From Thermoplasmata archaeon (lineage in GTDB: Archaea > Thermoplasmatota > Thermoplasmata > Lutacidiplasmatales > UBA184): a DNA stretch of 60,834 bases. The notes below the pieces were generated by a model. That model made no database searches, was not told the DNA's origin, and saw only the letters and a program-made list of their open reading frames with translations. Below are positions 8,213 through 17,357 of the stretch, in pieces (the stretch's first letter is position 1; each line of letters opens with the position of its first letter). The translations under genes were made by a program, and so were the position numbers. The DNA is taken from positions 1 through 60,834 of the forward strand of contig JASHQN010000098.1 in assembly GCA_030039135.1 (NCBI GenBank), in the 5' to 3' direction.

Positions 8213-9361
8213 ATGCCGGCGCCCGAGGAGTTCGTCGTCACCCCGTACGAGGTCAAGGGCAAGATCGACTACGACCGTCTGCGGGAGCTGTTCGGCACCC
8301 AGGGGCTCACGCCGGAGCTCCTCGCCCGGCTCCACCGTCTCGCCGGGGGCGAGCTTCCTCCGCTCCTGACCCGGGGGATCTATTACTCGCACCGCGACCT
8401 CGGGCCCCTGCTCGACGCCTACGAGAACGGCCGGCCGTTCTTCGTGTACTCCGGCCGGGGTCCGAGCGGCCCGCTCCACACCTCGCATCTGATCCAGTTC
8501 GATATCTGCGCGTGGTTCCACCGCCGTCTCGGGGTGCCGATGTACATCCAGATCACGGACGACGAGAAGTTCTGGGCCCGCTCGGGCCTGACGCGTGAGG
8601 AGACGGCCCGCTGGGGTCTCGAGAACCTGTACGACATCCTCGCGCTCGGATTTGACCCGAAGCGGACGCACGTGTTCTTCGATTCCCGGTCGATCGCCGC
8701 GATGTACCCGCTCGCGATCCGTGTCGCCCGGAAGATCACGTTCTCGAACGTGAAGGCGGTGTTCGGGTTCGAGGGGAGCACGAACATCGGTCTCGTCTTC
8801 TATACCGCGCTTCAGTCGGTCCCTGCCTTCTGGCCGTCGTGGGCCGAAGGTCGGGCGGTCCCGTGCCTGATCCCCTGCGGTATCGACCAGGATCCGCACT
8901 TCCGTCTCACCCGCGATATCGCGGAGGGTCTCGGGTACCCGAAGCCGGCGCTCCTCCACTCGAAGATGGTGATGGGGCTCCTCGGAGAGGGAGTGATGTC
9001 GACGACCGGGAATCGGGCGGACGACGCGCTCTTCCTCAACGACCCCCCGAAGGTCGTCGAGCGCAAGATACGGGCCGCCTTCACGGGGGGACGCGCGACC
9101 GTCGAGGAACAGCGCCGCCTCGGCGCGACGCCCGAGGTCTGCTCGGTCTGGACGCTCTGGCGCACGCGATTCGCGCCCGCGGAAGCGGAGTTCGAGGAAA
9201 TCACCCGGACGTGCCGATCCGGCGAGCTCCTCTGCGGGGACTGTAAGGCACGGCTGATCGAGCGGGTCCACGGGTTCTACGCGCAGCACGCCGAGGCCCG
9301 CGAGAAGGTCAAGGACTGGGCCGAGTCGACGATCGTGACCGTAGCGCCGAAGCCGCTGTAG
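8213..9361 (+). CDS. trpS: Tryptophan--tRNA ligase (archaeal/eukaryotic type)
   Basis: SGRGPSGPLHTSHLIQF...MYIQITDDEKFW, CLIPCGIDQDPHFRLTRD and GYPKPALLHS align with the eukaryotic/archaeal TrpRS pattern. The HIGH-like motif is HTSH, and the KMSAS position reads VMSTT. Confidence 0.92.
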   Translation: MPAPEEFVVTPYEVKGKIDYDRLRELFGTQGLTPELLARLHRLAGGELPPLLTRGIYYSHRDLGPLLDAYENGRPFFVYSGRGPSGPLHTSHLIQFDICAWFHRRLGVPMYIQITDDEKFWARSGLTREETARWGLENLYDILALGFDPKRTHVFFDSRSIAAMYPLAIRVARKITFSNVKAVFGFEGSTNIGLVFYTALQSVPAFWPSWAEGRAVPCLIPCGIDQDPHFRLTRDIAEGLGYPKPALLHSKMVMGLLGEGVMSTTGNRADDALFLNDPPKVVERKIRAAFTGGRATVEEQRRLGATPEVCSVWTLWRTRFAPAEAEFEEITRTCRSGELLCGDCKARLIERVHGFYAQHAEAREKVKDWAESTIVTVAPKPL

Positions 9362-9375
9362 ACCGGTCCGCCGGC

Positions 9376-10137
9376 TCAGCGGACCTCGGGCCGGCGCGAT
9401 CCCGACCGCGGCCGCCGCGCCTCCGGCCCTTCGGGCGGCGTCGGGGCGGCCGGAGCGCCCGCGATCGGTGCGGGGGCTCCCGCGCCCTCGACGGCGGTGA
9501 GTAGTTTCAGCATCGGACGGAAGAGCGAGCGCGACGCGCGCGCCGGGTCGAGCGTGTAGGCCCGATCGTATGCCGCGACCGCTTCCTCCTCCTCGCCGAG
9601 AGTGAGTAACGAGAGCGCGAGGTCCAGCCAGCTCTTCGCTTCCCGCGAGCCCTCGCGCTCGCCGGTCTCCTCGAGATGGTCGTCGCCCGCGGCCGGAGGG
9701 GCGGCCGGGGGCAAGGCTCCCCCGCTCGGTTCGTCGCGGGAGAGGACGAGCGCCCGCTCGAACGCCGCGGCCGCGCCCGGTTCGTCACCGGACTCGGCGA
9801 GAGCGACGCCGAGCCGGTGCCAGGCGATGAGATCGTCCGGGGCGAGGGCTGCGGCCCTCCGATAGGCGAGCGCGGCGGATGCCCATTCTTCGCGCATCCC
9901 GCGAGCGACCCCGAGGTGGAACCATGCCTCAGCGTGGGCGGGGGCGAGGCCCACGGCGCGCGAGAGGGCTCCCTCCGCCTCGCGCGCCCGCCCGAGGTGG
10001 GTCAGGCAGATCCCGAAGTAGGCCCAGGCGTTGGCGTCGGACGCCTCGTCGCGGACGACGTCGCGGAACGCTCGCTCGGCGAGGTCGTACTCGCCCCGCA
10101 GGAAGTGATGGACGCCGAGATCGAAGCGCTGGCTCAC
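9376..10137 (-). CDS. TPR-repeat protein
   Basis: Several 34-residue repeats with the W/Y-G-A-Y-A-P pattern (AWAYFGICLTHLGRAREAEGALSRAVGLAP, AWFHLGVARG..., AWHRLGVALAESGD...). Confidence 0.8.
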   Translation of the reverse strand: MSQRFDLGVHHFLRGEYDLAERAFRDVVRDEASDANAWAYFGICLTHLGRAREAEGALSRAVGLAPAHAEAWFHLGVARGMREEWASAALAYRRAAALAPDDLIAWHRLGVALAESGDEPGAAAAFERALVLSRDEPSGGALPPAAPPAAGDDHLEETGEREGSREAKSWLDLALSLLTLGEEEEAVAAYDRAYTLDPARASRSLFRPMLKLLTAVEGAGAPAPIAGAPAAPTPPEGPEARRPRSGSRRPEVR

Positions 10138-10418
10138 GGCGGGCTACCGCCCGCCTCACCTGATGGCAGAGAGAAATACCTGCCGCCCGAGGGGTAAGGG
10201 CCGGACCGAGCCGTGAACGAGCCCGGCCGTGCGTCACCCTCGCGCGGTGTCGTCGGCTTTATATCCACCGCCCGGTCTCGATAGCCTAGAGGAATTCGCG
10301 AGCCGAGCCCGAATCGAGCGTCCCGCCCGTCCTAGTTACGACGAGTGTTCGCGCGAGTAGTGTTGAGCCACGATTTCCCAACGCGAAACGCGAACCAAGA
10401 CCAGAAGGCGAAGAAGCG

Positions 10419-10907
10419 ATGGTAGACAAACCCCTGACGAAAGTGCGAGACCTGACGCCGAACTCGAAGCAAGTGAACGTGCTCTCCAAGGTGCTGAGCG
10501 TGGGCGAGCCGAAAGAGGTCATGGGCAAGTTCGGCGACCCCCGCAAGGTGTGCGAGGCCGTCGTCGGCGACGACTCGGCGGTCATCACCCTCTCCCTGTG
10601 GAACGAGCAGATCGGAACGATCGCGAAGGACGAAGTGATCCTGGTGGACAACGGCTACGTGTCGCTCGTCCGCGGGCACATGCGTCTCAACGTCGGTCGC
10701 TACGGCAACCTCTCGAAGTCGACCGAGGCGATCGGCGAGGTCAACTCGAGCCTCGACATGAGCCAGCAGGAATTCGAGAGCGAGCGCCGGTCGTACGGCG
10801 GCGGCTTCCGTGACCGCGGAAGCGGCGGGTACGGCGGCCGGTATTCCGGCGGCGGCGGCGGTAGCGGCGGGAGCCGAGAGCGCTCCGACAGCTACAAGCG
10901 CTACTAG
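10419..10907 (+). CDS. ssb: Single-OB-fold ssDNA-binding protein (Sulfolobus-type SSB) with Gly/Arg-rich tail
   Basis: VRDLTPNSKQVNVLSKVLSVGEPKEV...CEAVVGDDSAVITLSLWNEQ...VDNGYVSLVRGHMRLNVGRYG matches the short crenarchaeal-type SSB layout. The C-terminal tail is RSYGGGFRDRGSGGYGGRYSGGGGGSGGSRER. Confidence 0.85.
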   Translation: MVDKPLTKVRDLTPNSKQVNVLSKVLSVGEPKEVMGKFGDPRKVCEAVVGDDSAVITLSLWNEQIGTIAKDEVILVDNGYVSLVRGHMRLNVGRYGNLSKSTEAIGEVNSSLDMSQQEFESERRSYGGGFRDRGSGGYGGRYSGGGGGSGGSRERSDSYKRY

Positions 10908-10988
10908 CCCGGCCCTTCCCGACCCGTTCCCGAACCCGTTCCCCCGCCCCGGAAGAGGGCGGGGCGCTTTCGTTCCCGCGCCGCATCC

Positions 10989-10997
10989 GATTAATAG
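10989..10997 (+). promoter_or_regulatory. TATA-like box GATTAATAG upstream of 11023..11703
   Basis: Centred about 29 nt upstream of ATG 11023. Confidence 0.45.
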
Positions 10998-11022
10998 GGC
11001 GTCCCGCTCCGGCCGTCCACCG

Positions 11023-11703
11023 ATGGCCGACGACCTCCACGAGCTGACGCTCTACGTACAGTCGAAAAAGGCGGTCACGACGTTCTACCGCCCCTCGCCG
11101 AGCCCGGTCCCGGGCTTCGGCCCCGCCCCGGGCGTCGAGGGATCGGTGCCGGCGACCGGGACGGAGTACTCTACGCGCGGCGACGAGAGCGTGTACTTCC
11201 TCTCCGACGACCAGGCCCGATGCGTCGCCCACGCGGAGGAGGTCGCCAGCCGCCGCGGCTACCATGTCAAGGTCATCGACGTCGAGCGGAGCGGACGGGT
11301 CGAGCGGCTCATCGCCGAGCACCTGCGCGGCGTGCAGACGTTTCCCGTACTGATCTCGCCGATGGGGTTCCGGCTCGAAGGGGCCGAGAGCTTCAGCGAC
11401 GAGAGCCTCGCCGAGCTCATGCCGACCGAGCTCAAGAGCGCCCGAGCGTTCAGTTACCTCAAGGTCAAGGGCGGCGATCTCGACCGGATCCGGACCCAGC
11501 TCCAGACGATGGCCGAGGTCAAGGAGGTCCATCTCCTGACGGGCGACTGGGACCTGCTCGTCGTCCTCGACTTCCCTCCGTCATCGGGCTCGAAGCGTCG
11601 GGTGCTCGATTTCGTTACCGAGCGGGTCCGGGGGATCCCCGAGGTCATTGACACCTCGACGGTCGTGCCCGAGTATTCGGTGACCAAGTTCCCCATCCCC
11701 TAG
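11023..11703 (+). CDS. Thioredoxin-fold-like domain fused to an Lrp/AsnC-type ligand-binding (RAM) domain; no HTH
   Basis: The C-terminal part (ARAFSYLKVKGGDLDRIRTQLQTMAEVKEVHLLTGDWDLLVVLDF...IPEVIDTSTVV) is RAM-domain-like. The N-terminal part (LTLYV...YHVKVIDVERSGRVERL...VQTFPVLISPMG) is glutaredoxin/thioredoxin-like but lacks CxxC. ATG 11023 lies 29 nt downstream of GATTAATAG. Confidence 0.7.
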   Translation: MADDLHELTLYVQSKKAVTTFYRPSPSPVPGFGPAPGVEGSVPATGTEYSTRGDESVYFLSDDQARCVAHAEEVASRRGYHVKVIDVERSGRVERLIAEHLRGVQTFPVLISPMGFRLEGAESFSDESLAELMPTELKSARAFSYLKVKGGDLDRIRTQLQTMAEVKEVHLLTGDWDLLVVLDFPPSSGSKRRVLDFVTERVRGIPEVIDTSTVVPEYSVTKFPIP

Positions 11704-11754
11704 CGACGGGCCACACGGGCGGGGTCAGAACCGAGCCGGCCGATCGTCGTCCCG

Positions 11755-14700
11755 TCACCGCCGGCGGGGCCGTCGCCGCCGGCCCGGCACGACGGGGAGC
11801 TGCGGGGACTCGGCGTGCGGACCCGGGCCCGGCTCGCGCGAACCGTAGAGGGGCTCGACGGTGAGCGGGTGGTCCTCGAGCCAGGCGACCCCTTCGACGT
11901 AGGCCGCGAACGCCTCGAGGCTCGTGAAGAGCGGAATGCCAAGTTCGACCGCGCGACGTCGGAGGACGTATTCGTCCTCGAGCATCTGCTCGAACTTCTC
12001 CTGGGTGAGCGATAGCGGCACGTTGAGCAGGAGGTCGATCTCCCCCCGGTCGAGCGCCTCCACGACGTTCGGGTGGCGGTCGGGCTCGCTCACCTTGTGC
12101 AGGATATGGACCCCGCGGAGTCCGCGGGCGGCCAGGAACGCCCCGGTATCCTCCGTCGCCGCAAGACGGAGACCGAGCGCGCGCAACCGAAGCGCGATCG
12201 GAAGGAGCTGTTCCTTCAGCGTGGGGCCCCCGACCGAGAGGAACGCCGTCCCGCGTCGCGGGACGAGGCGGACCCCGGTCGCGACGAGAGCCTTGACGAG
12301 CGCGTCGGAGAACGTCGGCCCGAAACAGGCGACCTCTCCCGTCGACTGCATCTCGACGCCCAGGAGGGGGTCCGAGCCCGCGAGCTGGAGGAACGAGAAC
12401 TGGGGCACCTTGACGCCCCAGCGCCCCGGAGGGAGCGCGGCGAGGCCTTCCTGGGAGATCGGGCGACCGAGCATCGCGCGGGCCGCCTCGCGCAAGAGCG
12501 GGATGCCGGTCGCCTTCGTCAGGAACGGCAGCGATCGGCTCGCGCGCAGATTCAGCTCGATGATCTGGTAGGCCTCGTCCTTCACCAGGAACTGGACGTT
12601 GAACGGCCCCCGGATCGCGAGGGTGCGGGCGAGCCGACCGGCCGCGTCGAGCAGCGCGGACTGAACCGCCGCCGACGTGTGCCGGGGCGGCAGGCAGAAC
12701 ATCGCGTCCCCCGAGTGCACGCCCGCCCGTTCGACGTGCTCGAGGATACCGCCCACGAGGACCCTGGTCCCGTCGGAGATCCCGTCGAGCTCGACCTCGT
12801 CCGCCCCCTCGACGAACTTCGTGATCACGACCGGATGCTCGGGGGAGACGCGGGCGGCCATCGAGAGGAAGCGTCCCAGATCGGCGCGCCCGGCGATCAC
12901 CCGCATCGCCTGACCGCTGAGGACGTAGGACGGCCGCACGAGCACCGGATAGCCGACCTCGTCCGCGAACGCCGCGGCCTCGTCGACCGTCGTGAACGCC
13001 CGCCACGCCGGCTGCGGGATCTTCAGGCGTTCGAGGAGGCGCGCGAACCGCGCACGATCCTCGGCGGTATCGATCGATTCGGCCGGGGTTCCGAGGATCG
13101 GGATCCCGCACATCGTCAGGAGAGGGGTCAGGTTCTGCGCGAGCTGGCTTCCGACGCACGTGACGACCCCGCGGAACGATTCGAAGTCGACGAGGTCGCG
13201 GACGCGCTCGAGCGTGATCTCCTCGAAGTAGAGCCGGTCGGACCGGTCGTAGTCGGTCGAGACGGTCTCGGGGTTCGAGTTCAGCAGGACGACCCCGAGC
13301 ACCCCCTCCGCCTTGAGCCCGTCGACGAGGTTCATCGTCGACCAATCGAACTCGACGCTCGAACCGATGCGGTACGGCCCGGCGCCGATCACCAGGACCG
13401 AGCCGCTCGGCATCGGGCGGACGTCGTCCGCATCGGCGCGGTAGGTCACGTAGAGATAGTTCGTCCGGGCCGGCCACTCGCCCGCGAGCGTGTCGATCAT
13501 GCGGACGCGGGGCCGGATCCCCTCCACGAGGCGGCGGTGCCGGACCTCCTCCTCGTCGAGATGCGCCCGCCGTCCGATCGCGCGGTCGGAGAAGCCGAGC
13601 TCCTTCGCGCGCCGAAGGAGCGGCGCCGGGGTCGAGCCGCCCGCGATCTCGGTCAGCGCACGGTCGGTTGCCTCGATCTCGGCGAGACAGTCGATGAACC
13701 ACGGGTCGATCCACGACGCACGGCTGATCGTCGCCGGGTCGATCCCCGCCCGCAGGGCCTCGAGCACCCGGTAGAGGATCTCGGGCGTCGGTTCCGCGAG
13801 GTCGGCGAGGATCGCCGCCCGTTCCCGCACCTCGGACGGCGGGAGGAGGTCCGCCCGGGGATCCCCCATCCGGACCGCCTTCGAGATCGCCTCCGGGAAC
13901 GACGCGCCGATGCCCATGACCTCCCCGACGGACTTCATCGCGGGCCCGAGACGGCGGTCGGCCCGCTCGAACTTGTCGAGGTCCCACCGCGGCAGCTTGA
14001 CGACGACGTAGTCGAGCGCCGGCTCGAAGCACGCCGTCGTGACGCCGGTGATCCGGTTCTTGAGCTCGGGGAGGGTGTAGCCGAGCGCGAGCTTCGCCGC
14101 GACGTACGCGAGCGGGTAGCCGGTCGCCTTGCTGGCCAGCGCGCTCGATCGGGAGAGCCGCGCATTGATCTCGATCGCGTAGTACTCGTCGCTCGCCGGA
14201 TCGAGGCAGAACTGGATGTTGCACTCCCCCACGATCCCGCACGCGGCGACCGCACGCATCGCGGCCTGGCGCAGCATCTGGTACTCGTAGTCGGTCAGCG
14301 TCTGGCTGGGGGCGATGACGATGTTGTCGCCGGTGTGGACCCGCATCCCGAGAACGTTCTCCATGTTGCAGACGGTGAGCACGTTCCCTCGTGCGTCGCG
14401 TACGACCTCGTATTCGAGCTGCTTGAACGCCCCGACGTACCGCTCGAGCAGCACCTGACCGACCGGGCTCGCTCGGAGGCCGCGCCCGACCACGTCGGCG
14501 AGCTCGTCGCGGCTGCGGGCGACCCCTCCGCCCTTTCCGCCGAGCGTGTAGGCGACGCGCACCATCACCGGGTACCCGAGCTCCTCCGCCGCGGCGGCGG
14601 CCGCCTCGAGGTCGTAGACCGCCCGGCTCGGCAGCGTCGGGACCCGGGCCCGCGCCATCGTCCGGACGAACTTCGCCCGATCTTCCGTGGCGCGGATCCC

Positions 14701-15060
14701 CGAGAGGGGGGTCCCCAGAACGCGGGTCCCGGACCGACGGAGAGCGCCGGAATCGGCGAGCTGAACACCGCAGTTGAGCGCGGTCTGGCCGCCGAACGAG
14801 AGCAGGATCCCCTCCGGTCGCTCGGCCTCGAGGATCGGGGCAACGAACTCGGGAACGAGCGGCTGGAAGTAGACCCGGCCGAGCTTCACCGGGTCGGTCT
14901 GGAGCGTCGCGATGTTCGGGTTGACGACGACGGCGTAGACCCCCTCCTCCTCGAGGGCCTTGAGGCACTGACTTCCCGAGTAGTCGAACTCTCCCGCCTC
15001 GCCGATCTTCAGCGCGCCGCTCCCCAGGAGAAGCGCCTTCGAGGGGACCGACGCGGTCAT
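11755..15060 (-). CDS. carB: Carbamoyl-phosphate synthase large subunit
   Basis: 1101 aa starting MTASVPSKALLLGSGALKIGEAGEFDYSGSQ. It has two ATP-grasp halves and a C-terminal MGS-like domain. ATG 15060 overlaps the carA stop (ATGA). Confidence 0.95.
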   Translation of the reverse strand: MTASVPSKALLLGSGALKIGEAGEFDYSGSQCLKALEEEGVYAVVVNPNIATLQTDPVKLGRVYFQPLVPEFVAPILEAERPEGILLSFGGQTALNCGVQLADSGALRRSGTRVLGTPLSGIRATEDRAKFVRTMARARVPTLPSRAVYDLEAAAAAAEELGYPVMVRVAYTLGGKGGGVARSRDELADVVGRGLRASPVGQVLLERYVGAFKQLEYEVVRDARGNVLTVCNMENVLGMRVHTGDNIVIAPSQTLTDYEYQMLRQAAMRAVAACGIVGECNIQFCLDPASDEYYAIEINARLSRSSALASKATGYPLAYVAAKLALGYTLPELKNRITGVTTACFEPALDYVVVKLPRWDLDKFERADRRLGPAMKSVGEVMGIGASFPEAISKAVRMGDPRADLLPPSEVRERAAILADLAEPTPEILYRVLEALRAGIDPATISRASWIDPWFIDCLAEIEATDRALTEIAGGSTPAPLLRRAKELGFSDRAIGRRAHLDEEEVRHRRLVEGIRPRVRMIDTLAGEWPARTNYLYVTYRADADDVRPMPSGSVLVIGAGPYRIGSSVEFDWSTMNLVDGLKAEGVLGVVLLNSNPETVSTDYDRSDRLYFEEITLERVRDLVDFESFRGVVTCVGSQLAQNLTPLLTMCGIPILGTPAESIDTAEDRARFARLLERLKIPQPAWRAFTTVDEAAAFADEVGYPVLVRPSYVLSGQAMRVIAGRADLGRFLSMAARVSPEHPVVITKFVEGADEVELDGISDGTRVLVGGILEHVERAGVHSGDAMFCLPPRHTSAAVQSALLDAAGRLARTLAIRGPFNVQFLVKDEAYQIIELNLRASRSLPFLTKATGIPLLREAARAMLGRPISQEGLAALPPGRWGVKVPQFSFLQLAGSDPLLGVEMQSTGEVACFGPTFSDALVKALVATGVRLVPRRGTAFLSVGGPTLKEQLLPIALRLRALGLRLAATEDTGAFLAARGLRGVHILHKVSEPDRHPNVVEALDRGEIDLLLNVPLSLTQEKFEQMLEDEYVLRRRAVELGIPLFTSLEAFAAYVEGVAWLEDHPLTVEPLYGSREPGPGPHAESPQLPVVPGRRRRPRRR

Positions 15061-16199
15061 GCGCGCCGCCGCACCTTCTCGGCGAACCGGTCGAAGACGA
15101 ACCCCGCCTCCTGGGGCCCCGGGTGCCCCTCGGGGTGACCCTGGAGCGCGAGGATGCGACCCGCCCGGTCGCGCAGCCCCTCGAGGGTGCGGTCGTCGGG
15201 GTTCGTGGCCCACGGATCGAGGCCGGTCCCCTGCAGGGAGGCGGGGTCCACGGCGTAGCCGTGGTTCTCGCTCACGATGAGCGCCCGACCGTCCGGGAAC
15301 TCGATCGTCTTGTTCTGTCCTCGGTGGCCGTACTTGAGCTTGAACGTCGTCGCTCCCCGTGCCAGCGCGATCAACTGGTGGCCGAGACAGATACCGAGCG
15401 TCGGGAGCGAGCGGTTGGACGGTCGGCCGAGCTCCTCGATCGTCGCCGCAAGCTCGGCGGGGTCGCCCGGGCCGTTGCCGACGAGGAGTCCGGCGACCCG
15501 GCGGCCCTCCCACTTCGCGGGGACCTCGTGGTCGTAGGGCAGCCGAAGGACGCTCAGGCGTCGGTCGAGGAGCGCCCGGACGATGCTCGCCTTGATCCCG
15601 CAATCGAGCACCGCGACCAGCGGTCCGTGATCCCGAGCGATCAGCGTCGGACGCTTGGGCGCGACCTCCTCCATGAACGACTCCTCGCCATACTGAGGAG
15701 CCGAGCGTATCGCGCGCGCGAGCTCCTCGTCCGACGGCCGCCGTTCGGGCCGGCCCACGTCGACGACCCCTCGAACGACCCCTCGCGCGCGAAGATGTTC
15801 GGTGAGCCGCCGGGTATCGACGCCGCGGATCCCCGGCACCCCTTCTCCGAGGAGCCACGACTCGAGGCTACGTGCGCTCGACCAGTGCTCCGGCGCCGTC
15901 GTGCCCCGAACGACGACGGCCCGCGGCTGGACCTCCTCGCTCTCGAGAAGCGGAAGCCCGTCCGGGTCCCGTCCGTCGGCCGGCACCCCGTAGTTGCCGA
16001 GCAGCGGGTAGGTGAACGTGAGGATCTGCCCGCGGTACGACGGGTCCGTCAGCGACTCGGGGTAGCCGACCATGCCGGTCGTGAAGACGACCTCACCCAC
16101 CCGGCGGGCCGCCGCACCGAACCCCTCGCCGTCGAACCGGGTGCCGTCCTCCAGAAACAGAGTCCCCCCGAGCGCGCTCGCCTCAGCGCGGACCGGCAC
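15057..16199 (-). CDS. carA: Carbamoyl-phosphate synthase small (glutaminase) subunit
   Basis: GEVVFTTGMVGYPESLTDPSYRGQILTFTYPLLGNYGVP and the GATase triad region LGICLGHQL. GTG start. Confidence 0.95.
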   Translation of the reverse strand: MPVRAEASALGGTLFLEDGTRFDGEGFGAAARRVGEVVFTTGMVGYPESLTDPSYRGQILTFTYPLLGNYGVPADGRDPDGLPLLESEEVQPRAVVVRGTTAPEHWSSARSLESWLLGEGVPGIRGVDTRRLTEHLRARGVVRGVVDVGRPERRPSDEELARAIRSAPQYGEESFMEEVAPKRPTLIARDHGPLVAVLDCGIKASIVRALLDRRLSVLRLPYDHEVPAKWEGRRVAGLLVGNGPGDPAELAATIEELGRPSNRSLPTLGICLGHQLIALARGATTFKLKYGHRGQNKTIEFPDGRALIVSENHGYAVDPASLQGTGLDPWATNPDDRTLEGLRDRAGRILALQGHPEGHPGPQEAGFVFDRFAEKVRRRA

Positions 16200-16345
16200 G
16201 GGCGTGAGGAACCCGAAGAGAAGGAGGAGAGGGTTCGTCCTTAAGATTTGCCGTCGGCGAACGCGCGCGACGGGCGCCGCGGGGAGCGAAATCGGCCCGG
16301 GCCGACGAAGTAGCCCTGAAATTCCCGCGCCGAGTGGGACCTTCG

Positions 16346-17341
16346 ATGCCGGGCTTTCCGCGGCTGCGTCCTTCCTACGACCTCGTGATCGTGGGCGGAG
16401 GGCACGCAGGTCTTCAGGCCGGACTCAAGGCCGCGCTCCTCGGCTACTCGGCGGCGATCGTCGATCGGGGGCCGAAGTACTCGCGGTCCTACTATGCGCC
16501 GAAGATGGACAACATCCCCGGTTTCCCGGAGGGGATCTCGGGACACCGCCTGCTCGACACGCAGATCGCGTCCGTCCGTCGGATGGAGGCCGCGGTCGAT
16601 TACTTCACGCCGGCCACGGCGGCGGCGGTCGAGCGGATGGACAACGGCTTCTCCGTGACGTTCGAGTGGTTGAAACAGACCCACGTCGCGCGAGGACGCG
16701 CGCTCGTCCTCGCGATGGGGGTCGTGGACCGGATCCCCGAGGTCGCCGGCAAGATCGACCCGATCTTCCCGTGGGCCAACCAGGCGATCGTCGATTTCTG
16801 CATCCTCTGCGACGGCCACGAGCTCACGGGAAAGTCGGTGGGCGTCATCGGACACGACGCCTTCGCCGCGCGGACGGCGCTCGACCTCTGGCACTTCCGC
16901 CCGACGTCGGTGACCCTGCTGACCCACGGCCGTCCGTTGCTCGAGGGTGCCCCCGCGGACGAGCGCGCCGCGCTGTCCTCGGCGCTCGCCGAGCACGGCA
17001 TCGACGCGGTCGAGCCCGAGATCGCGGGGTTCGACGAGCTTCGGGAGAAGCGCTTCGGCGTGAGGTTCGTGGACGGGAGCCACCGTGGCTTCGACCGCGG
17101 CTTCAGCGCGCTGGGCTGGTACGACATGCATCAGACGCTCCCGCGATCGCTCGGTTGCCGGTTCGACCCGGACGGCTACGTCGCGACGGACGAGGACTGC
17201 CGGGCGCTGGATGCGGTGACGGGAGCGCCGATTCCCGGGCTGTACTGCGTCGGCGACCAGCGCAGCGGCTGGAACCAGATCCCCGAGGCGTGGGCGACCG
17301 CCGAGCGGGCCGTGATCCACGCGTACGCGGAGTACCTGTAG
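16346..17341 (+). CDS. FAD-dependent pyridine nucleotide-disulfide oxidoreductase (thioredoxin-reductase-like)
   Basis: YDLVIVGGGHAGLQAG dinucleotide fold, redox-like CILCDG, second Rossmann motif KSVGVIGHDAFA, and C-terminal LYCVGD. I prefer ATG 16346 (an AT-rich box lies about 26 nt upstream) over GTG 16334. Confidence 0.8.
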   Translation: MPGFPRLRPSYDLVIVGGGHAGLQAGLKAALLGYSAAIVDRGPKYSRSYYAPKMDNIPGFPEGISGHRLLDTQIASVRRMEAAVDYFTPATAAAVERMDNGFSVTFEWLKQTHVARGRALVLAMGVVDRIPEVAGKIDPIFPWANQAIVDFCILCDGHELTGKSVGVIGHDAFAARTALDLWHFRPTSVTLLTHGRPLLEGAPADERAALSSALAEHGIDAVEPEIAGFDELREKRFGVRFVDGSHRGFDRGFSALGWYDMHQTLPRSLGCRFDPDGYVATDEDCRALDAVTGAPIPGLYCVGDQRSGWNQIPEAWATAERAVIHAYAEYL

Positions 17342-17357
17342 GAGGGGCGCGACGCCG

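Noticed and set aside
8183-9289. 368-aa minus-strand ORF, and the 143-aa ORF 7831..8262
   Set aside because: They are antisense to trpS and to the Cys/His-rich gene. The composition is low complexity, and the plus-strand frames have the G/C-rich third positions and the recognisable TrpRS motifs.
11645-15138. 1107-aa (minus) and 1021-aa (plus) ORFs, plus the 15061..15858 extension of the carB ORF
   Set aside because: All overlap carB/carA in wrong frames or antisense. The translations are Arg/Pro/Gly-rich with no domains, whereas the carB and carA frames show full-length family motifs.
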